Positions 26,498 to 39,409 of a stretch of 64,000 nt of DNA are shown here, in pieces. Positions within the stretch are counted from its first letter, which is position 1. Each line of letters starts with the position of its first letter. A program made the translations under genes and the position numbers. The DNA is taken from NCBI GenBank assembly GCA_002189035.1, contig NEEC01000014.1, forward strand, positions 124,001 through 188,000, read 5' to 3'. The notes beneath the pieces are model-generated. The model was not told the DNA's origin, did not search any database, and saw only the letters and a list, made by a program, of their open reading frames with translations. This stretch comes from Utricularia gibba. Taxonomy: Eukaryota; Plantae; Magnoliophyta.

Positions 26498-29400
26498 ATG
26501 GCATCTGATGAAGGTATGAAGAAATTAGAGTACTTGTCGTTGGTTTCCAAGGTATGTACAGAACTAGAGTCACATGTAGGGTGGGGGGAGAAGGTGGTGG
26601 CGGAGTTTATTACAGAGTTGGGCCGGAATAGTGCGACGGTCGAGGAGTTTGATGCGAAGTTGAAAGAGAACGATGCGGATTTTCCAGACTATTTTGTGCA
26701 GACTCTTCATAGAATTATTCATGCGATTTTAGCTCCCAATCAGAACACCAAAGCGGATACAATTCAAAGGGAAGCGGGGAAATCTGATTTTTCAGCCTTG
26801 AAAATTCAGGATGGTAGAGAGAGGGTGAAGCAATTAGAGAAGGAAATTGCGGATGAAGTGAAGAGTCGGAAAGAGCTTGAGGAAGAAGAGGGGTATAAGA
26901 ATCAAGATAGGAGAAAAGAAAGAGGCAGAGAGAGGGAGAGGGAGAGGGAGAGGAGAGGAATGAATTTGGTGATAGGGATGATTACGATGACTCTAGAGAC
27001 AGGAGAAGGCACAATGGCAGGGATTCGGATAGGATAAGGAGCCGCCATAGGAGAGATCGATATGATGAAGAGAGGGATGAGGAGAAAAGTACTAGGAGGA
27101 GGGAGAGCGGTGAGCCTGAGTTGTATAAAGTTTATAAGGGGAGGATTTCAAGGGTGATGGATTCTGGTTGCTTTGTTCAGCTTGATGGTTTTCGAGGAAA
27201 AGAGGGTTTAGTGCATGTATCTCAGATTGCAACTCGCAGGATTGCAAATGCCAAGGATGTTGTCAAAAGAGACCAAGAGGTTCATGTTAAAGTTATCTCT
27301 GTTAGTGGAAATAAACTGAGTTTGTCAATGAGGGATGTGGATCAGAATAGTGGAAGGGATTTGTTGCCTTTACAGAGGAATGAGGATGTGGATGGGTTCA
27401 GAACTAATCCGTCAGAAGTGAGTGAATCAAATGGAGGTACAAGGACTAGGATTGGTCTCTCAGGAATCAGGATTACTGAAGCTGATGATCATGTACCTTC
27501 ACGTAGGCCACTGAAGAAAATGAGTTCACCTGAGAGGTGGGAGGCTAAGCAACTGATTGCTTCAGGTGTTTTGAGTGTTAAAGAGTTTCCCATGTTTGAT
27601 GATGAGGGAGATGGGGTGCTATATCAGGAAGAGGGTGCAGAAGAAGAGCTTGAGATTGAGTTGAATGAAGATGAACCTGCTTTTCTGCAGGGTCAGAGCC
27701 GTTTTTCCATAGACATGTCTCCTGTTAAGATATTCAAGAATCCTGAAGGTTCCTTGAGTCGTGCTGCAGCACTACAATCTGCTTTGATAAAGGAAAGAAG
27801 AGAAGTTAGGGAACAGCAGCAAAGGACTATGTTAGATTCTATCCCAAAAGATCTGAACAGACCTTGGGAAGATCCGATGCCAGAAACAGGTGAGCGGCAT
27901 CTAGCTCAGGAACTGAGAGGTGTTGGCTTGTCCGCATATGATATGCCTGAGTGGAAGAAGGATGCTTTTGGTAAAGCTTTAACTTTTGGACAAAGATCAA
28001 AGCTTTCCATTCAAGAACAAAGACAAAGTTTACCCATTTACAAGTTGAAGAAAGAACTGGTTCAAGCTGTCCATGACAATCAGGTCCTAGTTGTGATTGG
28101 TGAGACTGGGTCAGGAAAAACTACTCAGGTGACACAGTATCTGGCTGAGGCAGGGTACACTACAAGGGGTAAAATAGGGTGTACTCAGCCTCGTAGAGTT
28201 GCTGCAATGTCTGTGGCGAAAAGGGTTGCTGAAGAATTTGGTTGTCGGTTGGGTGAAGAGGTTGGATATGCAATTCGTTTTGAGGATTGTACTGGTCCTG
28301 AGACTGTAATTAAGTACATGACAGATGGCATGCTTCTTAGGGAGATTCTAATTGATGAAAACCTATCCCAATATTCAGTTATAATGCTTGATGAAGCTCA
28401 TGAGAGGACGATTCACACTGATGTTCTTTTTGGATTACTGAAGCAACTTGTGAAACGAAGACCAGACCTTCGTTTGATTGTGACATCTGCAACTCTTGAT
28501 GCTGAAAAATTTTCAGGATATTTCTTTAATTGTAACATATTTACAATTCCTGGAAGAACATTCCCAGTGGAAATACTCTACACGAAGCAGCCTGAAAGTG
28601 ATTACTTGGATGCTTCTCTGATTACTGTACTGCAGATTCACTTGACTGAACCTGAAGGTGATGTACTCCTGTTTTTGACTGGTCAGGAGGAAATTGATTA
28701 CGCTTGTCAGTGTCTCTATGAGCGAATGAAGGGTTTGGGTAAAAATGTTCCCGAGCTAATTATTTTACCTGTTTACAGTGCACTTCCTAGTGAAATGCAG
28801 TCTAGAATATTCGAACCTGCTCCTCCAGGGAAGAGAAAAGTTGTCGTTGCTACAAATATAGCAGAGGCTTCCTTAACCATAGATGGAATATACTATGTCA
28901 TTGATCCAGGATTTGCGAAGCAGAATGTGTATAACCCTAAGCAGGGGCTTGATTCTCTCGTAATTACTCCCATTTCTCAAGCTTCTGCCAAGCAACGGGC
29001 AGGGCGAGCTGGGCGTACTGGACCTGGGAAATGCTATCGTCTCTATACTGAGAGTGCGTTTCACAATGAGATGTCTCCTACATCAATTCCTGAAATTCAG
29101 AGGATCAACCTCGGGACGGTTACACTTACAATGAAAGCAATGGGCATCAACGACCTGTTGTCTTTTGATTTTATGGATCCTCCATCACCTCAGGCTCTAA
29201 TTTCAGCCATGGAACAGCTCTACAGTTTAGGAGCTTTGGATGAAGAAGGGCTTCTGACAAAGTTGGGCAGAAAAATGGCAGAATTCCCACTGGATCCCCC
29301 GCTATCGAAGATGCTTCTTGCGAGTGTTGATCTTGGTTGTAGTGATGAGATATTGACTATAATTGCAATGATTCAGACCGGAAATGTCTTCTACCGACCC

Positions 29401-30093
29401 CGGGAAAAGCAAGCTCAAGCTGATCAGAAAAGGGCCAAGTTTTTCCAACCAGAGGGTGACCACTTGACTCTCCTTGCTGTTTATGAGGCCTGGAAAGCCA
29501 AAAATTTCTCTGGCCCCTGGTGCTTTGAGAATTTCGTTCAATCACGATCATTGCGGAGAGCACAGGATGTGAGGAAACAACTCCTTTCGATCATGGACAA
29601 GTATGTCATCCGTTCATTCCTATTTTCCATTGCCTCCGTTTTTTTCACAGTTGGTATCATTTTCGAGGTACAATATTCTAACTGCCTCCCCATCAACAGG
29701 TACAAATTAGATGTTGTGAGTGCTGGAAAGAACTTCACGAAGATCAGAAAAGCCATAACAGCTGGTTTTTTCTTCCATGCGGCCCGGAAGGATCCTCAAG
29801 AAGGGTATAGAACGCTAGTGGAGAACCAGCCGGTGTACATTCATCCGAGCAGCGCCCTTTTCCAGCGGCAACCCGACTGGGTGATTTACCACGAACTTGT
29901 GATGACAACCAAAGAATACATGCGTGAGGTCACAGTGGTCGATCCAAACTGGCTCGTCGAATTGGCTCCCCGGTTCTTCAAGGTCGCCGATCCAACGAAG
30001 ATGAGCAAGCGCAAGAGGCAAGAGCGCATCGAGCCTCTGTATGACAGATACCACGAGCCCAACTCCTGGCGTTTGAGTAAAAGGCGTGCTTAA
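26498..30093 (+). CDS. PRP22: Pre-mRNA splicing DEAH-box helicase PRP22/DHX8 with S1 domain; one intron 29601-29699
   Basis: [14 protein letters not shown]-type N-terminus; S1 domain [15 protein letters not shown]; [10 protein letters not shown]; DEAH; SAT; QRAGRAGR; end [22 protein letters not shown]. One apparent -1 frameshift in the (GAGAGG)n tract near 26950. Confidence 0.96.
26924..26958 (+). repeat. (GAGAGG)n hexamer repeat encoding the RE dipeptide tract of PRP22
   Basis: About 5 tandem GAGAGG units, the last one a base short. Confidence 0.75.
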
Positions 30094-30358
30094 GTTCGTA
30101 TCCAGTTCAGGGTGTATGTATTCCCCAAATGTTGAATACAAAAGGCTTCCTGATCAACGCTAACTTCTTATTCTCATTACAGAAGACAATTCGAGATAGC
30201 GCAAATGACCAAGTTCCAACCGGCATAGTTTGCGCATGCGAATGCCGGACATGTAAATAGCAGAGGCTACGAGTAGTACAACACAGGGAATGCAAATGAC
30301 ACCATGGGTTCCATTTGCCAGAGCCCGAAGGTGACGAGAGACTAATCCATGCCATGGT

Positions 30359-33300
30359 TTATAAATCTTTCCGCTTATAGAGGTCGATGCTACCAATCTG
30401 AAACCGAGAATTTGATTTTGCATCTTGGACAGCTAGAAACCGGAACCTGCAATGCAATGCAGACAGCAACCCAACATGATGCATTGCTAGGGAATGAGTC
30501 CTGTGATGACAACGTAACTTTAACCTGAAGGCATTTGCTGGGAATGTTTGTCGTTTGATCTCAAACAATTTTCGCTCGAATCTGTTTTTGAATCTCTTTG
30601 AAGTTTGCTCATCAACTATCTTCCACGTAGACCCACCGTCTTCACTTCCCTCAAATATCCTGCAAGAAGAATTTCACTGGCTAAACTACTCCGTGGAAGT
30701 TATCTGATACGCACGGAGACAGATAAGTGATGGGGACATTGCATTAGTAGAGCTACCTACAGATAATGTCTAGGTGTTGGTCATAAAGAACATATCTGCA
30801 ACAAGTTCACTATTTCAAGATTGAATTTTGGTATAATAATGCCTGACAAAGAATAGCAATTACCAGTCCATGGGATCTCTCTCAGGGGCATCATTTGCTG
30901 ACATAAATTCATAAGCAACTACTTCTACCCGATCATTAGGCACTTTGTAGATGATCCAACAGCCTGAACAAAAATGTAAGCATGGTCTACATAGTGATCA
31001 CAGTGAATTCAAGATTCTATAACTGAATCCTTTGGTAAGGTAAAAATGCTTAACATACCCTTTGCTCCAGTTGGCTCTTCCCACTTTGACATACGAGTTC
31101 CATCAAATGCAGATGTTGCCTGATTATTGCCCATAAAAACAACAGTTTCAATACCAAAAAAAATGTCTCTGCACATGAAACTTATAGGCAACCTGTGTTG
31201 AAGAAGAAGGGTTCACAAGATACGTACTACTCCAAAGGGGAGCTCCTCGCCACTAGCTTGCACAAAACCTGAAGAAATTCGGTTGATCTTCAGGATTGGC
31301 AGGGACAGTGAATCTTTGTTCAACCTTTGGCTAGAATTTATATCATGCATCAAAACATCCAATACATTAAACACAACGGGAAGGGCCAATGAAGTCTTGA
31401 CAGGATCTGATGCAATACATATATCAACAACCCCATCAATATGCAACTCCATCTTTAAGGATAAGGCATCAAACAATTGTCCAAATGAGGGTAGCATCTT
31501 TCGGAACAGCACCCCACTGGTAACTGCACTTACTGTAGTTTTCCTAGTTTTGAAAGGGGAATTCTTCAGGGCAATCAGCACATTTTTCATAGTCCCCATG
31601 ACTTCTAGTGCTTCAGTTTTTTTAAAACCATGCTCCACAAATTCATTAACTACAGGAAAAAATGCATTGTATATATTTGTCACATGCTCATCCACACATT
31701 TCCGGACTGGACAGGATGAAGAACTTAAAGAACAGCGGTCATCAGAACCAAATTCTAATCGGGATAAACGCCACTGCTTATCACCACTTTGCCTTCCAGG
31801 AAGTGAGACAGAAGGATCATCCTTAGAAGACAGACATCTTTCAAGCTCTAGAGCTTCTTTTCTGTCACGCTCCTCAAGCCCCAAAAGCATAGCAGGAGTA
31901 AAGCTTTTACGAATATCTTTTGTCATATCAGAGACTACAGTTGCCATTGTAATCTCACTAGTTAAATGGCGTCTTGACAGGACCTGCAATAAATTTTACA
32001 AAATAAGCGCCCTATTTTAACTTGCACTGAAGAGAAATATCAGGCTCCAATAAAAATTAAAATACCTCATTCCACTTTCGTGTGTATCTTTTAGTGACAT
32101 CATATACCCCATCTTTAGAGAATGCAATTATATAGTTCAAATTCTTCTTCCATCTACGAGTTCGCGGTTCAATATTTAATCCCACATCTCAAATAAACAT
32201 GCTTTGATTGATTAGGTGAGCTTGAACTTACCCTGCCTCATAAAGCAGTGGGTTGCCATATATTCCTTCACAAGGATCAAGATGAATCCATCTGTAATTT
32301 TTTGTTAACCGCACACAATTTTGGTGATTGGATTATCAATGCAGACTAAAAATACGTGACTAGAGGAAACACTGGGTCCAAACATGACCAGTTAAACCCT
32401 ACCTTTCCAGATAATTTGAAAAACATTCGGTCCAAACATGATCAGTGAAATCCAAGACCTACGGAATAAATAAAAATACTAGAGTAGGTAATCATTTCAT
32501 GATAGGAAATATTTCAAAATATTCAGTTCAATAAGCAAAGAGAGAGTCCATACCAATCGCGATTCATAACCAAAAGCTCTACAATATAGAGTGAAACAAT
32601 TAGCCCACTCACCACACCGTCCTTCTCTTGTTTCTAGAAGCTGAGTAGAGAAAGAAACATTTAAGTGACTGAACATTCTAAAAGTTCCTGCCTCAGGATA
32701 TAACTTACCTTCAGGGGATCATTGTACCTTGGAAAGCGGGTTATAGACATGCATGATGGGCAGCTGTACAAGTTGGAAGAAGGTGAGAAAAAGCTATAAA
32801 TATAAAAAAGTGTCACAAAATGGAGACACCATCATACCAATAAAGTTCCACTCGTGAAGCTCCATAGTGTGATTCTAAAGGTTCAGGAATTCCCATGCCC
32901 TGATTGATAGTATTATTATTGCAAATTCGACAGGATGGAGAATTTACCCACCTACACATGGAAAAAGGTCCACATAACTCCTGTTTTCAACATTTCAGCA
33001 TGAAAAACCAATGAATACTTAGAATGAAAAGCCGAAAAATATAGACAAAAAAGTAGCACAGATAAAATGGATGCATTCAGACCTGAATGTCCGCTTAAAC
33101 CAGAAGAGAAGCTGTAATAGGAATGCATGATCGAGCTCATCTTTTGATGGGTTTAGATTTCCATCCTAACAAAACATGAAATGTTGAAATAAAACTAGCA
33201 AGATAACCATCCAATATCAGGAGACACTGGAATGATTTTCTATTCCATAAATGTCCCCGCCTGGGTATTTTTTGTAAGAGACTGGAAAAAAAAGTTGAAA

Positions 33301-34400
33301 ACGAACGATATATAATTGTCATGGTATCTAAGGTGAAAAATACGGGTGGTGATCTGAACACATGAAACCTATGAAATCGACAGTGTTCATGCTAAGGCAG
33401 GGACCAAGATGTCCTTTTTTATGAAAAGAACTATACTCTAGCCAAGGCAACCATAGCTTTTTCCTCAATTTTATCCACTGGCAACGTTTTCCGAGCCTCC
33501 TCTTGTCGATGTGGATCCTCATACTGTTCCATGATAAGGGAAGAGAATGTTAGCCTTTTACTAGAACTCCCACACCACCCAAACCAAACATGATTCTAAA
33601 GACCAAGCCTCTTGTCTCAGTATTCAATGAACGAAGGAATATCAAGAATAAGTAGAAAAATAGAGAAAATAGTACCATAAACACTCGACTGACATATTCT
33701 TGAATCCTAGGTACAACTTTCAGCTGTGCATCTTCTTCTTCCTAATTCAGGTAAGAGAGGGAGACAAATCCATTTACAGTAGAATTTGAGAAGTACAAAA
33801 TGACGCAAACACAAAGGATCAACCGGACTCACATCAACAACTAATGCGAACCATCAAGGGAGACATTTGATACTTGAAATTAATAACATCATGAAGTGAG
33901 ACAAAACCTGCAGTAATCGAGCTAGTTCTTCGTCAGATGTTAAGTTAGTAGCAGAATCGATCAGTTCTGTAGCTTCCTTGTTCTCGTCAATTGATATGAG
34001 CCGAAACTTGCTTGTTACACTTTCTAAATCTGAATCATATAGTACATCACAATCGTCTTTATCTCGCAGAATCTAGAGTAAAAAATCAATTAGCCAAATT
34101 CAGATAATATTCAGTTCCATTACGAAGTCAAACATACAAAAAACAGCTCAGAAAACGTAAATTTTTCCCATGTAACATCATGATACCTTTTGCCGGTCAG
34201 GAGGGATTGAAGTCAACGAGAAAAGCTGGAATTTGAGAACCTAGAACGCGATTGAACCATGGGAAACAAAGAAAGTCTTTGAGATCTATGAGTTTAGAGG
34301 CAAAAGAGGACCCAGAAACAACCTCTAAGCCATCATCAGTATCGTAATCGAGTTCCAGCGACGAGGAACCGTGCTCAACGACCAATTTCCGAACCACCAT
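30359..34400 (-). CDS. PNG1: Peptide-N(4)-(N-acetyl-beta-glucosaminyl)asparagine amidase (cytosolic PNGase)
   Basis: [26 protein letters not shown]|[14 protein letters not shown]; [10 protein letters not shown]|[25 protein letters not shown] (catalytic Cys); [13 protein letters not shown] (catalytic His); WIHLDPCEG; [13 protein letters not shown]; [11 protein letters not shown]; [10 protein letters not shown]. Confidence 0.93.
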
Positions 34401-34743
34401 TGCCGTGTAACGGTAACCGCTAGTCTGCCATTTCCGTCCGATCACACATTGATATACGGAGAGAGACTGCTGCGTCTTGGGCCGAGTGGCGGCCCAACCT
34501 TTTCCCGTATCGCACTGTAATTATTTTCAATGATTTTTTTAAACTTGCTTCAATTGGCGGAAGGTTCTTGTGGGAAAAGAGAGAACCTTCCTGCGTGGGA
34601 AGCTGATTTCCATGTCCCCATTCCTTAAGTCAGCGGAAAGGAGATTTTACACGCAGCCAATTGAAAATTTGGGCTGCGTTTCTCTCCGGCATTCTCAGTC
34701 ACATTATATACCTGAAGGACTGTGCCCATTGCTTGTAACAGGG

Positions 34744-35987
34744 ATGGCTGATTTCAGTTTATTTGCACCAGTTTTGATGCTCTTTGTGGCCGTCGCGTGG
34801 GCAGATAACGGGAACGATGTGTTGTCGTCACCCAGGCTCTCTCCCTTCTTAGGTACTTCCTTACTGCATCTGAAAACTTCTGGCGCTTAACAACCAACGC
34901 TCTTTGTCGCCTTCAGACAGACTCTGCGACCAGGTAGAGTGCGGAAGGGGAGCTGCGATCCATCACCAGGCCGCCCATTTAGCTTCCGCTGCAACTGCGA
35001 TGCCGGATGGAGGCGAACGGGTCTTGACGATGAGCAGGATATCGAGTTCCTTCCATGCATCGTTCCCAACTGTAAGACTCGCACTGTGTATGCTAATTCT
35101 ATAATATTTTCTTGGCAATCGGCTACCTTCTCGTGAATCCATTCTCACCTTTCGCTTTCGAGGAATAAGAAACAAACACTGCACGAACATAATGTTTTGA
35201 TTCCAAAACTCAGAAGTGGAAAAAGGTTGTACCTCTTGACATACTGCTATTACCAGGCTCGGTGGACTACTCTTGCATGCCGGCAGCCGCTCCGATTGTG
35301 CAACCTCCACCGCCAGCTCCACCTGTTTCATCCATGTTTGATCGTAAGTTAACCCCCTCATTCTCCTAGTTGTATACAAGTCATTCAGCTCTGGTTGCGA
35401 GACAAGCGGATCCTTAGCCTCTGTACCAGAGCTGGACTTTTCTTTCACCTGCTCAGGATCATGAATCTCATACAACTCGAGTAAATGTGTGTTTAGCTTG
35501 CTATTGGGTCAACTGCGGGGAAGGGGTCTGTATAAAGAATGGAACATACTCACATATATGCCGGTGCAATCCAAGCTACTCCAATCTCTTCAACATCTCT
35601 ACATTTCCCTGCTACAGTGACTGTAAGCCTATAAATTAATTCATTTAAAAGAACGAAAACAGCAATGCTAAGTACAAAACTATTTACTTGTTAACCTCAA
35701 GGAAAGATGATTTGTTTCCCAGGTTCAGTCCGTTCGGAATCATGCCAAAGGATTGGTGTACGGGTGGCTACCTCTTCCACAGATACTCGCAGTGATAGCA
35801 GTCAAGGTTTAAATTCAAATTTAAAACACAATTGACAATGAACAACCAAACAGCAACTTGATTTTTTGCAGGTTCAAGGCGTTCTTCATGGATGCCATTG
35901 CTGCTCATTTCTGCTGCTATCGTATGTATCAGTGAACACTCAAGTCCTCAATATCATCTTGCTTCTACAGCTAAATACACAGAATGA
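34744..35987 (+). CDS. Secreted EGF-like-domain protein (At4g14746-like), possibly GPI-anchored
   Basis: Signal peptide MADFSLFAPVLMLFVAVAWA; LCDQVECG.GSC....F.C.CDAGW; FLPCIVPNC; Pro-rich linker; PCYWVNCGEGVC....H.C.CNPSY; hydrophobic tail WMPLLLISAAIV. One +1 G repair at 34947-50. The 3' end is uncertain. Confidence 0.78.
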
Positions 35988-36260
35988 TCCTCCAGCTCCT
36001 CGATTGTGCAATAGTAAAAGCATTCATATTGGTTGTTGTATGTGAATATTACATAATGGAAACAAATAAAGTATATCACTTAAGGTTTGGACACCAGAGG
36101 ATCTTGATCATTACCAACCAAGCATGAATCAACAAATGTATGGTGAAAAAAATCCAAGGAAATTTGAAGTCCGCAAGCCCTATCAGCCATCCAAATTGAC
36201 TAATGCAGAATGGGATGTGTTGAAATGATCAATGTTACTCAATCCATTATGTAAAAACTA

Positions 36261-38566
36261 CTATTTCTTCAAGAACATGTATACGCCAGACACAATCGCA
36301 GCACCTGCAACAGCAACTCCTATGGTAGTGAGTACCTTGCCAACCACAACCTTACTATTTTTTGATGGTAAGACGAGGAGTTCCTGAACCTACAGATAGT
36401 TGCATGTCATCATAAATGTCAAGACACAATATTCTACAATGGAGGGGAAAATGCATCTTGGAGTAAATGGAATCTGGATGTGTTCAATACAATGGCATTA
36501 AGAGATTAGAAATATGCTTTTAACCATGAAACAAGACACATATTTAGCTTAAAGCCCACCATCCTAGATGTATCTGAATGATAGGACTTCAATTGATGAA
36601 GAAAAAAAAAATCATTACCACTACAGGTTGCTTCCAATTTTTCTGGATTCCTGGAAGGTGGCCTTTTCCAACAACTGCAACCACTGAATTATGCTGACAT
36701 GCGACTCTCAAAAGATTGGCAGACATGTATCTGAATAAATCGGAGGCCATTGATGATTACTGACAAACTAACGAACAAGACTATTCATGATTCTTGAGAA
36801 GATCAGCTTCAACAATCAAATATGGCAGCTACAGATAACAGCATTAACAATACACTACATTCATTCACATTATTCAGAAATTGAAAGCGAAATTAGCTGC
36901 TGATAAGTAAATTTAGTAGCCAAATGCAGAGTGCAGGTGTAGTGATTTACAAACGAACTCTTATTTTTTTATTTCATTTTCATTCATCTCCCGTTCTAGT
37001 GAGGCTCAAAAGGATAAGTTACTCACTGATCCCGCTCATGCACGATTGTGTCCATCAAAGTTGGAAACTGCTTGCTCATCTCCTGAATTGTTAGGGTGAG
37101 GATGTCAACATCATCCATCTCCTTGAGCTGCACATAGATACCAAACACAGTGAATCAGCAGCGAGATGTTTCTGTTCTAAATGGCAAGAAAGAAGCCATA
37201 CCATTCTATTCAGATCATCAGGATTTGGCAAGAATAGAGCTTGAAATAGCAAGGAATATAACAACTTAGTCTTATGCCATGCAGACATTTTTGCCCATGT
37301 CCTCCGTAATGTTATCTGCAGTGAGAATAATGACTCAAGATCAAGGGAACAGCAACTATACAGGTAGTATTTGAAGTAAAACTGGACAAAATGGACATTA
37401 TTATGCCTCCAAAAATAGCCCCTACTTGGACAGGTCTGTCACCAAGTATGACTTTGCCACCATATTTCTTTGCTTCTTCATATGCAACACGAAACTCAGC
37501 TCCAGGAAACACTTCCAATTTACTAGCAACCTAGATAGAAAAATTCATAAATAGTCAATGAGTTCAAAAATGAAATTCCAAACACAGTAAAAAGATGCAA
37601 TGAAAAAAATAATCTTGAAAATATCCTTACAACTAAGCAAACCCAAAAAATAAAGTAACCATACCCTTGAAAGAAACCATGTGTAAAGTATTCCAAATGG
37701 ATTATGATTTTTCTTCCACATTTCCAGCATTTCTTGAACGGTGGGTACCTGTATGAAGTGTAGCTTTGCACTCAAAAAGAATAATGCGCACTCTAAACGG
37801 CATGGCTCAGCTTCACAAGGGATGGACATGTATTTTCATGATTAAAAAAAATTGTCCACAGTTTCGAAGTACTCGTAACGAATGTCAGACCTTCAAACTT
37901 TGAGGCTTTAGAACAGCAGCTCGACTAGCGCACAGCTCCAAGAACACAACCTGTAGCCAGTCAAGAAGTCATTCACATTAACATACAATAAAAAACCAGC
38001 CCCGAAAGCAAAATTACCTGTGGCTTCAAGAAATCGATCACAGATTGAACCTCTTGGCAGGACTCCTGCAAAGTTACTCGCACGGATAACGATTCTTTTC
38101 TTAAAACAAGTTCCAATAAAGCAACAGAATCGTGAATTACCGAGGAAACATGCGCTGTTCCGACCAAATAAACTTCACATAAGCCCCCATCCGCGGCCGA
38201 GTCACAAGTGAGTCTAACTACGCTCCTTGCTAGCTGTTCAGGAAGAACCTTTCGATCGCTAAAACAAGCATCCTCTTCACGCCCAACGGCATCATCTTCG
38301 TAAGCTTCATCGCAACCTAGTGCCACATTTTCACTCAATCCTTCGGGAATCTCAACCTTGTTGTCAACGTGCACGAAATTATCTCTACCCGTTGTTGCGG
38401 AAGGAGATAACGGTTCCATCACGCGCCTAAGAGAGTGGTATCGCCAGAAACTACCAGATCTGCTGGTGAAGTCCACTCGGAGAATCCGCCTACCGGCGCC
38501 AGCGAACGGAATTGCTGACGTGTACGCAGCGCAGAGATGATGCGTCGTACGATTCAGCCGGTTCAT
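36261..38566 (-). CDS. TraB domain-containing protein (At1g05270-like)
   Basis: VYLVGTAHVS; VFLELCASR; FPGAEFRVAYEEAKKYGGKVILGDRPVQ; TIVHERD; VVAVVGKGHL; C-terminal TM TTIGVAVAGAAIVSGVYMFLKK*. A second start MEPLSP lies at 38419. Confidence 0.9.
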
Positions 38567-38893
38567 GGGTGGGCCTTTCATCCTTGGGCTTCAACCTTAA
38601 ATTTCCAATTATTTTTTATTTTTTTTTTTTTTTACTATTGCGTTATCCCACAAAATTGATTTGGGTTGATTATTAAACAGTGAATGATTCAACGGTAAAC
38701 TAATTATCATCAGTCACTTGAGTTTCCTCGTAACGCTTGTCGGTTTCCCGGGCCCTTTCATCTGCCGGCGGCGGTTTCCGGCGTTTCTCTCCCCTGTCCC
38801 ATCTTCATGATGAATGATATTCAGTGCCATGCTTTCTCCACTATATATATGTCTCTGTTTTCCCCTTCAATTCATACGGAATCATACTAACCC

Positions 38894-39285
38894 ATGGCGT
38901 CCAAGAGTAAGCTCCTCGCAATCGTGCTTCTTACTTTCATCTGGGCATCTGCCGACGCGTCGCGAAATCTGGCATCCGTTTCGACTCTCCAATCCGAATG
39001 CGGCTCAACGAGGACGGCCCATCATCCTGCTGGGACGCGCTTTTCGAGCTCAAATCATGCAGCGGAGAAGTCGTACTGTTCTTTCTCAACGGCGAGACGA
39101 CTCTCGGTGACAGCTGCTGCAACGCGATCCGAATAATTGAACGGCAGTGTTGGCCATCAATGATGAGTTCTCTTGGAATCACGCCGGAGGAGGGTGATGT
39201 TCTACGTGGATACTGCGACGCCGCGGAAGCCGCAAGATCGGCTCCGCCGCCGTCCCACCGATGCTTCCCACGCTTGCTTAACTGA
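38894..39285 (+). CDS. EC1: Egg cell-secreted protein 1-like (prolamin-like domain), intronless
   Basis: Signal peptide MASKSKLLAIVLLTF, then CWDALFELKSCSGEVVLFFLNGETTLGDSCCNAIRIIERQCWPSMMSSLGITPEEGDVLRGYCD with the six EC1 cysteines. One +1 repair near 38988 joins the two frames. TATATATA at 38842. Confidence 0.9.
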
Positions 39286-39409
39286 CCAAAATGTGGGGGC
39301 TTTTTCCGCATAAGTTGTTGCTCTCCAGTATCCACTATCCATCAATAAAATAAAAATTTTCCCTTACGATTGAGTTACTTTTTGTTCATCACTGCATGCT
39401 ACATTCAAC

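Noticed and set aside
31283-32020. 245-aa + strand ORF and similar antisense ORFs over PRP22, RHM, SPA and Dof
   Set aside because: These are shadow frames of real exons on the opposite strand, with no recognisable motifs.
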